A stretch of 62,622 nucleotides of DNA, counting the filler. It is 19 parts of 19 records of this genome, joined end to end, with 100 filler letters (N's around TTAATTAATTAA, not from the genome) between each part and the next. Parts side by side here need not be neighbours in the genome. Positions count along the whole stretch, not along the records: positions 1 to 2,313 come from SRR16133337_308; positions 2,414 to 4,956 come from SRR16133337_314; positions 5,057 to 8,515 come from SRR16133337_407; positions 8,616 to 10,733 come from SRR16133337_705; positions 10,834 to 12,837 come from SRR16133337_1088; 14 more parts are not named here. One strand, given 5' to 3'. The position numbers and the translations under genes were made by a program. The notes beneath the pieces were generated by a model. It saw only the letters and a list, made by a program, of their open reading frames with translations. It did not search any database and was not told where the DNA came from. This document shows positions 1-11,312 of this stretch, piece by piece; position 1 is the stretch's first letter; every line of letters begins with the position of its first letter.

Positions 1-1444
1 CCCACCCCAATTGGGATGATATATAAAACCCTGGCCAATGACGTGCTATTTCTCGTTTGGAATCTCACAAAAGCGAACAGGCAGAACATTTACGAGATTG
101 ATGCACAATTATTTTTCTTTTCATTTTTCAAATTATTCATGTAGTTTCAATTACATTTTCAATTTCGTGCGTATTTTGACAAAATTGTCGAATTCCGGGC
201 ATTTCGGTGGGTGTCATGTTTTTTTTTCTTTTGTTTTGTTCGATAACGTTCATTACCGAAGTTCTCACGAATGTTTAAGGGTGTGGGTGGAAGTTTTGCA
301 AAACAATTTTAAGGCACAATTGTTTTTATCAGACAACACACTCATTATGAAATTTGAGAAATTGAAAAGTTCATGAAATCACACCCACAACACCACCCTC
401 CACCACACTCTTTGGATTTAAGAAATGTAAGATTTTTGAGGGATTGTGAGTGTGGGTGTGGTGGTTTGTGTCGAGTTTATGTATGGATGTATTTCGGATC
501 CTGAAAGTTGATTTGTGTGTTTTGTGTGCAGCGGAAGAATCACCGAAAAAACAAGATGACAACAACTGGGGAGAACTTGGTCTACAACAATTTCGAGATA
601 TTTATAGCATGTCGAGAAATCCTTGAAACAGCGCGACATTTTTGGAGGATACAGCTCGAGGAATGTTTTGTGTTTTGCAACACTAAATATCAATTGGATT
701 TTCTAGCCAAAGAAGAACGAAAAATTGTGAGAGATGAGATATTTTACAATTATTGAGTACATTAAAACAACTTTTTTGTAATATATGTTTGTTGTGTCTC
801 TCCATGTGCAGCAGCACTTGGGAATCTTTCAAGTGAAATTATATTCCACATTTATTGGCTTCCAAATATAATGTTGAAATATGATACCCATTAAAAAATG
901 TTGTTGCAGACAAGATCCAAAAAAAGATAAGTCACTCTGCAAACTCATAAGTAAATTTGACGCAACTCTCGACAAACACGAGCAGTCAAAAGTAACCTTT
1001 CAAACAAAAAGAAAGTAACTTTTCTGATGGAAGACTTCGCCGACTACGTAAGGACGACAAAAACAGATTTTTCTGCTTCCAAAATGTTTTTTTTTTGCCG
1101 TGAAACCTTTCAAAAGACCGCATTTCGCTGAAATTTCACGCATATGATTTTTTTTTTCAGATGAAAATATTGTATGAAAAAACATATGAAGAATGTGAAA
1201 CGTGTGAATGGACGCATGTAAATGTGAGACGCTTTTCAGTTTTTATTTGTGGGTGAAAAGCAAGTACGAACTTTCCCCAAGAAAGTGAAATCGATTCCCT
1301 GAAATTTCGTTAACACTGCGTCCAAATTTGGTCACAACAAAAGGAAAATTCCCCCTTACCTGGTGGGCTTCTGCGTTTTGTTTTTTGCCCGAAAATTCAT
1401 ACATTCCTTGAAAATATTTTCAAACATTTTTTAATGTGTTTTAG

Positions 1445-1729
1445 GGGTACATTGAGGACTGCGTGAGCACAGACTTGTCATTTGAAAGCAACGATGGGTG
1501 CTCGACTCTTGAGTTCAACGAAAAACTGAAAAAAACAAACCCACAATTCTTTCAAAACATGGAATGTTCCTCTGACACAATAGAATCAGAAAGTTCTGTG
1601 AATATTTCACCCGTAAGCGTAAACTGCAAACCACAACATTCAAACACGCCTCAAGATGAAAGTGAAACTGTGTCTGTGCCTGTGGTTGTCAGTAAAGAAC
1701 ATTTTATGTCAGATCTTCCTGAAATGAAC
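1445..1729 (+). CDS. Putative internal exon of a eukaryotic gene (Ser/Glu-rich, function unknown)
   Basis: Open frame bounded by a ttag acceptor (ending 1444) and a GTAAGT donor (1730). No recognisable domain. Confidence 0.4.
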
Positions 1730-2313
1730 GTAAGTGTTAAAAATGAAATGAGAAAAAGTGAGAAAAAAAATTTCATTCTGGAAGTGTTATCCTTGTCAGT
1801 GATTTTTGCAAAGATTATTATGTCCCCAAAACGGAGTGTAAAAATAATGATGTGTTACACAAAAACGGAGAGCAATTGACTTTTCAAAAAAGTCTATTTT
1901 TGGGGAGAAAATGAAAATTTGGTGTTAAAATTTTGAGCTCAATTTCGCTTAGCACGTTTTGTTTTCAGTTGACTAAATTTAGCCCCGAAAACACACAACT
2001 CCTTATGAATGTGTGTGTTAACCCAATGCTAAGTTTTTTGCTGTTTCTATGAATTTGTTGGTGCATTTTAGTTAGTAGTTTGTCTGAATAAAATTAGCGT
2101 TTAGTTTCACTGTTTATATATATTTCCATGTTTTTTGTGACTCTCATTTTTCACGGGAATTTAAATCATATTTGCCAAATTTTTTGCACCGAACGCGCAA
2201 TTGTTCAGAACAAGTAAACATATGTACAAGCTTGTGGTTCAGTCTGTTTTGGCAAATGTACGGCAATTTGGCAGAAGTTTTTGCTTTTTCCTCTTTACAC
2301 AAAGTCTTCCAAA

Positions 2314-2413
2314 NNNNNNNNNNNNNNNNNNNNNNNNNNNNNNNNNNNNNNNNNNNNTTAATTAATTAANNNNNNNNNNNNNNNNNNNNNNNNNNNNNNN
2401 NNNNNNNNNNNNN
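2314..2413. other. Artificial contig spacer (first of 18)
   Basis: 44 N + TTAATTAATTAA (stop codons in all six frames) + 44 N. Identical spacers start at 2314, 4957, 8516, 10734, 12838, 15084, 21586, 25822, 28893, 31198, 33710, 37008, 39439, 42219, 44325, 53395, 56512 and 58649. Confidence 0.99.
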
Positions 2414-2656
2414 CTTTGAAAATTGAAAAATTAGACCCTTGGAAGTATGTGCGTTTATTCATTGATATACCTTGCATAAACTTGATTTATTTCGGTAGTG
2501 TTTGTGTAGACGACTTGGCCATGTAAACAGCCACATAATTATATGAAGCTTGGGCACACCACTAAATGGCCGGAATAGAATTTTGAAGAAATGCCTTCCA
2601 GAAATCACAAAAAAAAAACTATTTTCTATTTTTTCGCGCGTTAAATCTGTACATAC

Positions 2657-4952
2657 CTGATCTCGAGCATCTAAATTTGCGTTTAATTCGATAAGTCGTT
2701 TTACAATATCTCTACAACTTCTTCTCACGGCCTCATGTAGTAGAGACGATCTATCCTAAAAAGCAAAGTGTGTCAATCATAAAAAAATACTATTTATTGT
2801 GTCATTATTGAACGTTGTTCCTCATCATTTGTTTTCGAGTGGGCTCTTAGCTTACGAAACACATCCAAGCCTTCTTAATTCTCATGTTTTGTGCTAAAAC
2901 CTTTTCCGTTCTACTCTCAAGTATTTTTTCTATTTTATCCTGCATAAACCAAACAAATAAATTTTTGGGCTCGAATTTTTACAGTGCGTTTGACAACACT
3001 TTTGGGTTCACAAGACTTTTTTTTTAGGTTCAGAAAGTCAAGCGAAAAATCAAAAACAATTATGGCAAGAAACAATTAATAGCACTATAAGTGAATTCAG
3101 ACGTAATGTGTATGCAAAAATAAAATAAATGTGCTATGTTACAAATAACGGATAGTTTCAAGTTATTTCGTTTATTGAAGCCACAATTTTCTACGGAAAA
3201 GTAAGTCGCTGTGCTTTATTTTTCAGTGAAATATTTTTTAAAAGAATCACGAACAAATTATTTTTGTAAATGCTATCTGTTCTATTTTTCAATGTAAAAA
3301 GCGCTGTGTAGTTACTGCGAATTATTCTACAAATGTATTTGTGAGGCCAAAATATAATTGTGGTCCTTACCGCAGTTACAACAGTCAAGGAAGCTCCTCT
3401 TTCCACAAGAAAGTCAAACATTTTAATATCACAATTTAAAATGGAGAAATGAATGACATGTTCGTCCGAATTTGCCTTGTCGTTTATGTCGGCGTCTGCA
3501 TCTAATAAAGTCTCCGCGACAGATTGGCTATTCGATTTAGCTGCCATTAAAATTGAACTGGTACCAGCCTGAAAAAAAAGAAGAAAACAAAATTGTGAAA
3601 TGTGTTTTCGAGAAAATAAAATAAACACCACACACAAAATCGTGGCATACGCTAAACTTGAAAAGACAAAACAGTAAGGAATGTCAGCTGTGTTGTGTGA
3701 ATTTCGGGACTTTTAAAAAAATATTGTGATTTTTACAAAAGTTTCAGTTCCCAAAAATTCATATTGGCAGGTGTGATTCACTTGGATTGTTTATTCAAAA
3801 TTTGTACAATTTCTCCGTGAATGCGTGATACAGGGTGAATACGTACAAATATCTGCCAAAACGAAAACATTGTTTTGAATTAAGTACATTCAAATTCCGC
3901 AGGATAAAATAACGGCTTATAGCCTCATACAGTAGTTCATGCATTTTCTTTTTGGTGTATAAATACAGCAAAGCGAGAGCATGATGTCACCCAACTGTTT
4001 AAAATCCATTTGTTTTCAAAAGAAAAACTGATCTATTTTGGTAATTTTATTTAAAGAGAAGTAGTGTGCATGCAATTAAGCTCATCACAAGATTATCATT
4101 TTGTTTTGGCGAATTCAAAAGGACACTTTCTGGCTTCAGAACAAATAAAAACAAAAATTGTCTATCAACCACTAAACATAAACATTCAAATTTGTTGCCA
4201 TTTATAAAAATACGCTTTGCACATAGATGTATCCAATCAAACACTTAACATAGAAAAAATTGAAACTTTTGTTGAAATTACACATGTGTTATTTCTTACA
4301 CCGTCTCGTGCGTGTATATCAGCTCCGTGGTTTATTAATAATTCAACTATTTCTTTGTTTTTGGAAGTCACTGCCAGAATCAAAGGCGTTTCTTTGTGCT
4401 AAATAAAAGACAAAACAATAAGAAATAGTACAAAGTACAAACTATTTCTTGCTTTATTTAGAAAAAAAAACAAACCTACTTCAATCAATCTACATTATTT
4501 TTATTTCACTCTTTCCTACTTTAAAGTGAAATAATATGGCAAAAACTGAGTTTTTGCAGCAGCTAGTTAAAAAGAAATACAAACCCCAAACACATTGCAG
4601 GGAAGTAAAATATGTGCGTGTTATTTTACGTTTACATCAAACTTTTCAGACAAATTTTGATAAAGATGGCGCTATTCAACACTCTAAGTGAACGCTTCTT
4701 GAGAACCTTATTGAGAGTGGTAATAAAAATTAATCCAGTTTGAAATTCTTGCAGGGGACTGATAATTTTCGACCATATACATATATTATTTCACCTGCAG
4801 TACGTGAAATTATACAAATTACAATTCGTTTAGTCATATTCTTTTTTAACACCTACTTTTCCTCTCGCCTCGATATGAGCACCATTATCAATTAACAGCT
4901 CAGTCACGTCTTTGTTTCCACGTACAGAGTAAAGTAATGGCGTCATGCCATC
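2657..4952 (-). CDS. Eukaryotic ankyrin-repeat protein, partial, four exons (4857-4952, 4300-4398, 3371-3568, 2657-2755)
   Basis: All exons are AG/GT-bounded and in phase 0. They translate to DGMTPLLYSVRGNKDVTELLIDNGAHIEARGK; HKETPLILAVTSKNKEIVELLINHGADIHARDG; AGTSSILMAAK...LVERGASLTVVTA; DRSSLLHEAVRRSCRDIVKRLIELNANLDARDQ, each matching the ankyrin consensus. Confidence 0.9.
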
Positions 4953-5056
4953 CTATNNNNNNNNNNNNNNNNNNNNNNNNNNNNNNNNNNNNNNNNNNNN
5001 TTAATTAATTAANNNNNNNNNNNNNNNNNNNNNNNNNNNNNNNNNNNNNNNNNNNN

Positions 5057-5086
5057 CAACAATTCAACAATTCAACAATTCAACAA
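5057..5086. repeat. 8-bp tandem repeat (CAACAATT)n at contig end
   Basis: Almost four units. Related CCACAATT units occur at 21686-21717. Confidence 0.85.
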
Positions 5087-5091
5087 AGCTA

Positions 5092-6054
5092 TTAGGATGG
5101 AGTCTCTTTTAATAAGTCAATAATTTGAGTTGCCAATTCACCACCAATTCTATCTTGAGCCTCTTCTGTTGCCGCTCCAATATGAGGCGTTAAAGAGATT
5201 TTAGGATTCATCAATATTTGTACTGGAGGTCTGGGTTCTGTTTCGAATACATCCAAAGCAGCACCCCCCAATTTACCACTGTTTAAAGCAGTAATCAAAG
5301 CAACTTCATCAATTACACCACCACGAGCAGCATTCACAATAAAAGCCCCCTTTTTCATCGCCTCGATTTCTTTGGATCCAATTACATACGCATCTTGAGC
5401 AGGTACATGTAAAGTTAAGAAATCAGCTTTTTTCAACACTTCTTCTTTGGAAGTAGTCGTTACTTTCAGATCTATAGATTGACCATCAAAAAAATCTAAA
5501 GTAAGGGTAGCAGACTCCATAAAAGGGTCAAAAGCAACTACTCTCATTCCCAATCTTAAAGCAACAGTAGCAGTGGCTTGACCAATACGTCCAAAACCTA
5601 AAATACCTAGTGTTTTCCCTTTTAATTCAATACCTGCACCATATGTTTTTTTTAGGATTTTAAAGTTTGCTTCCCCTTCTAAAGGCATGCTTCTGTTGGA
5701 ATTATTTAAAAAGCGAACCAACCCCGATAAATGTGCAAAGACCAATTCAGCAACGGAATGTGAAGATGCTGCAGGGGTATTGATAACATGAACCCCTTTA
5801 TCTATAGCATATTGTACATCAATATTATCCATACCCACACCACCACGACCAATAATTTTGAGAGAAGGACAAGCATCAATTAGTTCTTGACGAACGGTTG
5901 TTGCACTTCTTACTAAAATGACATCAATATTTTCTTTATTGATGTAGTTTTCCAATTGTTCTTGGGCAACGGTCGTTAAAATTACTTCAAAACCAGCAGT
6001 CTCTAAAGCCGTTACACCACTTTGTGCCAATCCGTCATTTGCTAATACTTTCAT
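5092..6054 (-). CDS. serA: D-3-phosphoglycerate dehydrogenase (D-2-hydroxyacid dehydrogenase family)
   Basis: GRGGVGMDNID, GFGRIG (NAD binding), NAARGG and TPHIGAAT motifs; directly downstream of serC. Confidence 0.92.
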   Translation of the reverse strand: MKVLANDGLAQSGVTALETAGFEVILTTVAQEQLENYINKENIDVILVRSATTVRQELIDACPSLKIIGRGGVGMDNIDVQYAIDKGVHVINTPAASSHSVAELVFAHLSGLVRFLNNSNRSMPLEGEANFKILKKTYGAGIELKGKTLGILGFGRIGQATATVALRLGMRVVAFDPFMESATLTLDFFDGQSIDLKVTTTSKEEVLKKADFLTLHVPAQDAYVIGSKEIEAMKKGAFIVNAARGGVIDEVALITALNSGKLGGAALDVFETEPRPPVQILMNPKISLTPHIGAATEEAQDRIGGELATQIIDLLKETPS

Positions 6055-6111
6055 TGTGTTTGATTTTTATTGAAACTTTATATATCCAGCTCACCATCAA
6101 ATTCTCCATTC

Positions 6112-7173
6112 TTATTTGTTTAAATCTTGCATTGCTTTTACTAAAACTTGCACACTTTCTAGGGGTAATGCATTGTAAATACTTGCTCTATAGCCCCCCA
6201 CATCTCGATGCCCCTTTAAGGCACAGATCCCAGCTTCTAAACAGATTGTATCAAATTTTTCTTCTAACGATTGATCTGTTAAATTGAAGGTAACGTTCAT
6301 TTTAGAACGATCTTCTCTTGCGGCAAATCCTACGAAAAAGGGGTTGTTGTCAATTTCGTTGTACAATAAAGTTGCTTTTTCAGTATTTGCTTTTTCAATC
6401 GCTGTGATGCCTCCTTTTCCTTTTAACCATTCTAAGGTTAACATAGAAACGTATACGGCAAATACAGGAGGCGTATTAAACATACTCTCTTTGCTTGCAT
6501 GTACTTGGTAGTCTAACATAGAAGGGATTTTTCTTCCAGATTTCCCTAATACTTCCTCTTTTACAATGACTAAAGTAGTCCCTGCGGGTCCCATATTTTT
6601 TTGAGCACCTGCATAAACCACGTCAAATTGACGATAGTCTAATTTTCTTGAAAAAATATCAGAACTCATATCCACCACTTTTAAAAGTCCTTCCCCAGGG
6701 AATTCGTTCATCTGTGTTCCAAAAATGGTATTGTTAGAGGTGTAGTGAATATAATCTGCCTCCGAAGGAATTTCAAATCCTTTAGGAATGTAGTTGTATC
6801 CTTTATCTTTGGAAGAAGCGACCACCAAAGTTTCTCCAAAATTTTTAGCTTCTTTGATAGCTTTGGAACTCCAAGCACCAGTATCTAAATAAGCTGCTTT
6901 ACCCCCGACTTTTAACAAGTTGTAAGGAACCATTAAGAATTCTAAACTGGCACCCCCTTGTACAAATAATACCGAATATCCTTCAGGTAATTCTAACAAT
7001 TCTTTTACCAGTGCCTGTGCGTTATTCATGACAGCTATAAAATCTTTACTACGATGAGAAATTTCAAGAAGTGATAAATTTAAGTCATTAAAATTTACAA
7101 TGGCTTCACTTGCTTTCTGTAAAACTTCTTGAGGTAAAATGGAAGGTCCTGCACTAAAATTATGTTTTTTCAT
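6112..7173 (-). CDS. serC: Phosphoserine aminotransferase
   Basis: HNFSAGP, SHRS, AGAQKNMGPAG (PLP lysine), NTPP and GHRDVGGYRASIYNA motifs. Confidence 0.97.
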   Translation of the reverse strand: MKKHNFSAGPSILPQEVLQKASEAIVNFNDLNLSLLEISHRSKDFIAVMNNAQALVKELLELPEGYSVLFVQGGASLEFLMVPYNLLKVGGKAAYLDTGAWSSKAIKEAKNFGETLVVASSKDKGYNYIPKGFEIPSEADYIHYTSNNTIFGTQMNEFPGEGLLKVVDMSSDIFSRKLDYRQFDVVYAGAQKNMGPAGTTLVIVKEEVLGKSGRKIPSMLDYQVHASKESMFNTPPVFAVYVSMLTLEWLKGKGGITAIEKANTEKATLLYNEIDNNPFFVGFAAREDRSKMNVTFNLTDQSLEEKFDTICLEAGICALKGHRDVGGYRASIYNALPLESVQVLVKAMQDLNK

Positions 7174-7264
7174 TGAATCTGCTGTCTAAATTAGAACGTC
7201 TTAAAAAAGAAATGCAAATTTTAGATTTTTTTTTTGATAGACAATGAAAAAAACACGAATTTAT

Positions 7265-8326
7265 TTAGGATACTTTTAACAAAAATTGGAGGGTATCTAT
7301 AGCATCTGCATAATCCCACAAATGAGGTTTTTGAGTTTCTCCAAGAGCAATACTGCCAGACAAGTTTAGCTCACTGCTAACGCATTGAATTTTATCTGCA
7401 TCCTGTTTTAATTTTTCTTTTAAAGCCTCTAAGTCTTCGTAATATTCATAAAATAAGGAGGCAATAGGAGAAACATAACTAGAATCTTCTTTCAACATTA
7501 AAAACCCATTTTCTCGAATCGCAAACAAACTCATTAAATACACCGCTTTGTTGTATTCATAGTTATTGGCATAACGATCGTAGTTTAGAATGTCTTTGTG
7601 TTTAAAGACTGCCTTAAAAATTTTGTTTAAATCATATCCTTTAGGAAGAAAAATTTTAGAAATACTTCTGCATCCCAAACCAAAATACCTAAAAATAGCA
7701 TCCCCCATCTTTTCCAAAAGAAAGGAAGATTCCTCACCAGAAAGAACGGCAACAGTAGTCCTGTTTTGACGTATGATATGTGGATATTTTCCAAAATAAT
7801 AATCAAAATAACGAGCTGTATTATTACTGCCTGTAGCAATCACCGCATCAAAATTCTCCAATTTTTCTTCTGTAAATTTTATTTTTCCTTTGAATTGAGG
7901 TTCAAGATATTCCAAATATTTTGCGATTAAAGGAATAAAATATTTGTCTTTGGAAGACAATTTTACAAGAATACGATGTCCAGAAATCAAAACACTTAAA
8001 AAGTCATGAAACCCCACTAACGGGATGTTTCCTGCTAGAATAACAGCAACGGTTTTTGGAGTGTTTTGGTCAAAGGTATACGGATGCGTCCATTTGTCTA
8101 AATTTTCTTCCGTCAAAGCATGACTCCAGCTTTCCAAAGAAAACAATACATTGTCTTCTGTAAACCAACCATTGAATTCTTTTGCTCTATGGATTTGCTT
8201 TTGAAAAGCCTCTAAAAATAAATCGTTATAAGCAATGTTTTCTTTTTGTTGGATCCCCGCTGTTGTAAACTGACTTAAAAAGGTTCCTAAACGGACAAAA
8301 GCTTTTTTTCTTTCTTTTAAAAACAT
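7265..8326 (-). CDS. Acyl-CoA reductase (LuxC-like, Bacteroidota type)
   Basis: AGNIPLVGFHD, VIATGSNNTARYF and YFGLGCRS motifs. ATG at 8326 is preferred over the TTG at 8359 because a promoter element lies at 8347-8354. Confidence 0.88.
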   Translation of the reverse strand: MFLKERKKAFVRLGTFLSQFTTAGIQQKENIAYNDLFLEAFQKQIHRAKEFNGWFTEDNVLFSLESWSHALTEENLDKWTHPYTFDQNTPKTVAVILAGNIPLVGFHDFLSVLISGHRILVKLSSKDKYFIPLIAKYLEYLEPQFKGKIKFTEEKLENFDAVIATGSNNTARYFDYYFGKYPHIIRQNRTTVAVLSGEESSFLLEKMGDAIFRYFGLGCRSISKIFLPKGYDLNKIFKAVFKHKDILNYDRYANNYEYNKAVYLMSLFAIRENGFLMLKEDSSYVSPIASLFYEYYEDLEALKEKLKQDADKIQCVSSELNLSGSIALGETQKPHLWDYADAIDTLQFLLKVS

Positions 8327-8346
8327 CGGTTTTATTTTTACTCCTG

Positions 8347-8354
8347 CAAAAGTA
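8347..8354 (-). promoter_or_regulatory. Bacteroidota -7 promoter element (TAnnTTTG)
   Basis: TACTTTTG on the minus strand, about 20 bp upstream of the acyl-CoA reductase ATG. Confidence 0.6.
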
Positions 8355-8420
8355 ACCAATCTTAACAGAATCTAAAATGTATTTTTGGATTGATGTTTTA
8401 TCTTATCTGTTGTTTGTTGT

Positions 8421-8515
8421 GAGCGAAGTATACTCCATCCCCTTAAAAATTTAGCAGGTTTTCTAAACCTGCTAGGTTTGGATTGTATACTCCGCCCAGT
8501 TAGAAACAAAAATAG
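8421..8515. mobile_element. Cluster of MITE-like ends plus a REP-like hairpin
   Basis: TATACTCCATCCCCTTAAAAAT (8429) and TATACTCCGCCCAGTTAGAAAC (8486) resemble the ends at 28849 and 29040. Perfect hairpin TAGCAGGTTT-tct-AAACCTGCTA at 8452-8474. Confidence 0.6.
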
Positions 8516-8698
8516 NNNNNNNNNNNNNNNNNNNNNNNNNNNNNNNNNNNNNNNNNNNNTTAATTAATTAANNNNNNNNNNNNNNNNNNNNNNNNNNNNN
8601 NNNNNNNNNNNNNNNAAAGTGGTGTTTTGAAGAATTTTCATAACAAATCAGCGAAATAGAACAAAATAAAACAAAACACATAAAATATGTTATTTTAC

Positions 8699-8905
8699 CT
8701 TCGGAATTTCTCGCAAATTGCCGGCCTGTGTAGAGATCCAAATTGATGTACTCATACTATTGCAATGAATAAGAATATTGTTTTCCTCATCATCAAATTC
8801 GTTCACTGTCGTTTCACGCCAACCACAGACCGGATCTAGAAATTGAACTTTTGAGCCAACAACAAGCAAGTCACGCCATTTTTCATTTCCATTATCATGT
8901 TCGTC
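8699..8905 (-). CDS. Eukaryotic exon encoding a Tudor/Agenet/chromo-barrel-like domain
   Basis: 207-nt AG/GT-bounded exon: DEHDNGNEKWRDLLVVGSKVQFLDPVCGWRETTVNEFDDEENNILIHCNSMSTSIWISTQAGNLREIPK, resembling the royal-family pattern. Confidence 0.55.
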
Positions 8906-10325
8906 CTAATAAAGCAAGATACGAACAATTCGTTATAAAAACACGCACATCGTACAAAAATAGCAAAATTCGTGCAAGATCACAACAAAGTATGCATTTT
9001 GTCTAAAGCTGAAGTCTGAAAGACACGCACACATGGCAATGTTCGCATTATATTGTAACGTGTCACAATATATTACACATATAAAGGTTATATTTTCGTA
9101 TGCAGTTCCGTTGCACTATATTGTGCTGTTGCCAAAAGATATTGTTGTTTTTTTAGGGAAAAAACTGGGTAAGGAGTTTTGAAGTTGTGTGAAGTATTTG
9201 TGCCCGTTGTTCTTCAAAAATTGTTTTTGCAGCACAAACAATTTCTGCATTTTAGTTTCGGAGACGGATCAGGGTGTAGCAGCCTTTGTAAGCGAAATCC
9301 GGGCTCAGCTGCGTCAGGAGGTTTCCACCTTCCGAGAAGTGAGTAGCGTGTGCTCAACCACGTCAAATGTTGTTGGCTTTCAAGAAGGGAGTGATGCGGG
9401 TTCAGCCGAGTCAGGGGGTAGTGGCCTTTGCGGAGAAATTCGAGCAGGTTCAGCTACATTAGGATGCAGTTTTGGGCGGAATGGAGTGGAGTGCACTGCT
9501 CGAATTGTTTGTGCAAAAAAAACAAACGATTTTGGAACGACAAAAATCCCAAACACCAAAACATAACACTTCCAAAAATCCTTAGACAGTCTACCAATCA
9601 ACGGCCAATTATTCTAACGACGGACTATCAAATTAACGAGCCGTTTATCTCTTTTCAGTGAAGAAATTCTTGTATAAAATCAAAATTTACATTATATTAA
9701 TTAAATTAAAAGCTCTGCAAAGGTTCAAAGATTTTTACAGACCTACCTGAACAAAAATTCTGGGTGTATTAGGGCTCCGATCCTCTTGTGTCCAAAACAG
9801 CTTGGGAGCAAACCTAATCTTTTCGTCTGGTCACACCACACCTTCAACTCGCACAAACAAAATGATGTTCTTACTTTCATTATGTGGTACATCAAGGACT
9901 AAAGCCCACTCCCTACACCTCACCCCACCACACCTCCCACACACACCACCCCTACGCGCTATGTCCAAGTAAATGGTTTGCGACAAAAAGAAAACTGTGC
10001 TAAAACTCACAAAAACATAAAAATCAACGTGAATGTCTACAAAAATGCAAAAAAGAATGTTTTTTACTAAACAGAGGAGTGGTGCTACTTAGTGAACTTT
10101 CCAATTCTCCACCTTTCCAATTTTCGAGATGGATGTTTTATCGAAGCAGGTGGGAGTACGCCATCCATTGATATAAACCACACCACTATCGGATATCATA
10201 TAGTATTGTGATGTATAAATAATTGTTGTATACAAAATAAACAATTTAAATATTTTAAATTTGCACAATATATATGTACAGAGTTTATTAGTGTAGTAGT
10301 TATACATTAGACAATCGGATCAAAA

Positions 10326-10427
10326 TTAAATGTGGCTGACATGATTAATTGAATAACCCATTAGGTCAACAACACAATTGCGAGGTACCCACCCGTAAGA
10401 ACCTTCATCATTTTTAGCATAGATCCA
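10326..10427 (-). CDS. Terminal exon with the C-terminal half of an SH3-like domain
   Basis: After a ttttag acceptor: WIYAKNDEGSYGWVPRNCVVDL...stop, matching the SH3 pattern W...G..GW.P.N.V. Confidence 0.5.
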   Translation of the reverse strand, partial: WIYAKNDEGSYGWVPRNCVVDLMGYSINHVSHI

Positions 10428-11312
10428 CTAAAACAAAACAGTAGAAAAAATGAGTCTCTTTACTTTTGCTCTTCCCGATACACCACAGAAATGTGTTCGA
10501 TTTCTGTAAGAAAAAACAAATTTATGTGCAAATTCAAATAAGCTTTGCTGCGACACGGTAGTGAATTATGTTTAGTTAACATTCCTTTCGCAAGGTGTTA
10601 TGAGTGTTTGTTTTGAAATATTATAATTTTGGTTCAACTTCTGATGAGGCGCATATTCACGGCTTATTAAAAGTGCCTCATTTTCAAACATTTAAAAGAA
10701 ATACTTTTGGCAATCCGGGGAATTTGATTGTTTNNNNNNNNNNNNNNNNNNNNNNNNNNNNNNNNNNNNNNNNNNNNTTAATTAATTAANNNNNNNNNNN
10801 NNNNNNNNNNNNNNNNNNNNNNNNNNNNNNNNNGAGAAAAAATGTGTACAAAGTTGTACCCTTGTGCACATTTACAATATGACATAAACCAAAAAAAAAT
10901 TGTTTAAAAAAAGATCTTCGAAAATACTTTTTCTCATGTTATCAACTGGATCGTGCGAGAGAGATTTTTTTTTAAAAAAAATCTCAAACTTTTTTTGGGA
11001 CCTCGTAGTAAACAAAATGTCATGGCTCAGGTAGGAAAAATAAAACGGCCGTATATGTCGTAAAACGTACACAAATTTGGCAAACTCCGTAAAAACTGCG
11101 CATAATAACTTATTGTTTTTAATACCAAAAAACATATTTCGAAAATGGCAAGCCAGTAAAAGGTTTTTCCACACATTTCCAAAGTTTTTCGCAAACCCTT
11201 TCTTTTCGGTCGTAACTTCTTTATTAAAGTTTAAAAACGCGGGAAAAAAATTCCGCGAATCACCAAACAAAATTTTTTTAAATTCACATTTTTGTAAAAA
11301 AATTAATATAAT

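Noticed and set aside
2358-2369. Regularly recurring TTAATTAATTAA palindrome
   Set aside because: Artificial six-frame-stop linker inside N spacers. ORFs that run into it (X runs, 'LIN') are artefacts.
4857-6054. Apparent bacteria-to-eukaryote gene transfer (ankyrin exons next to serA)
   Set aside because: The two are separated by a spacer, so adjacency carries no linkage information.
7265-8326. LuxC-like gene as evidence of bioluminescence
   Set aside because: No luxAB nearby, and this reductase is a common neighbour of serC in Flavobacteria.
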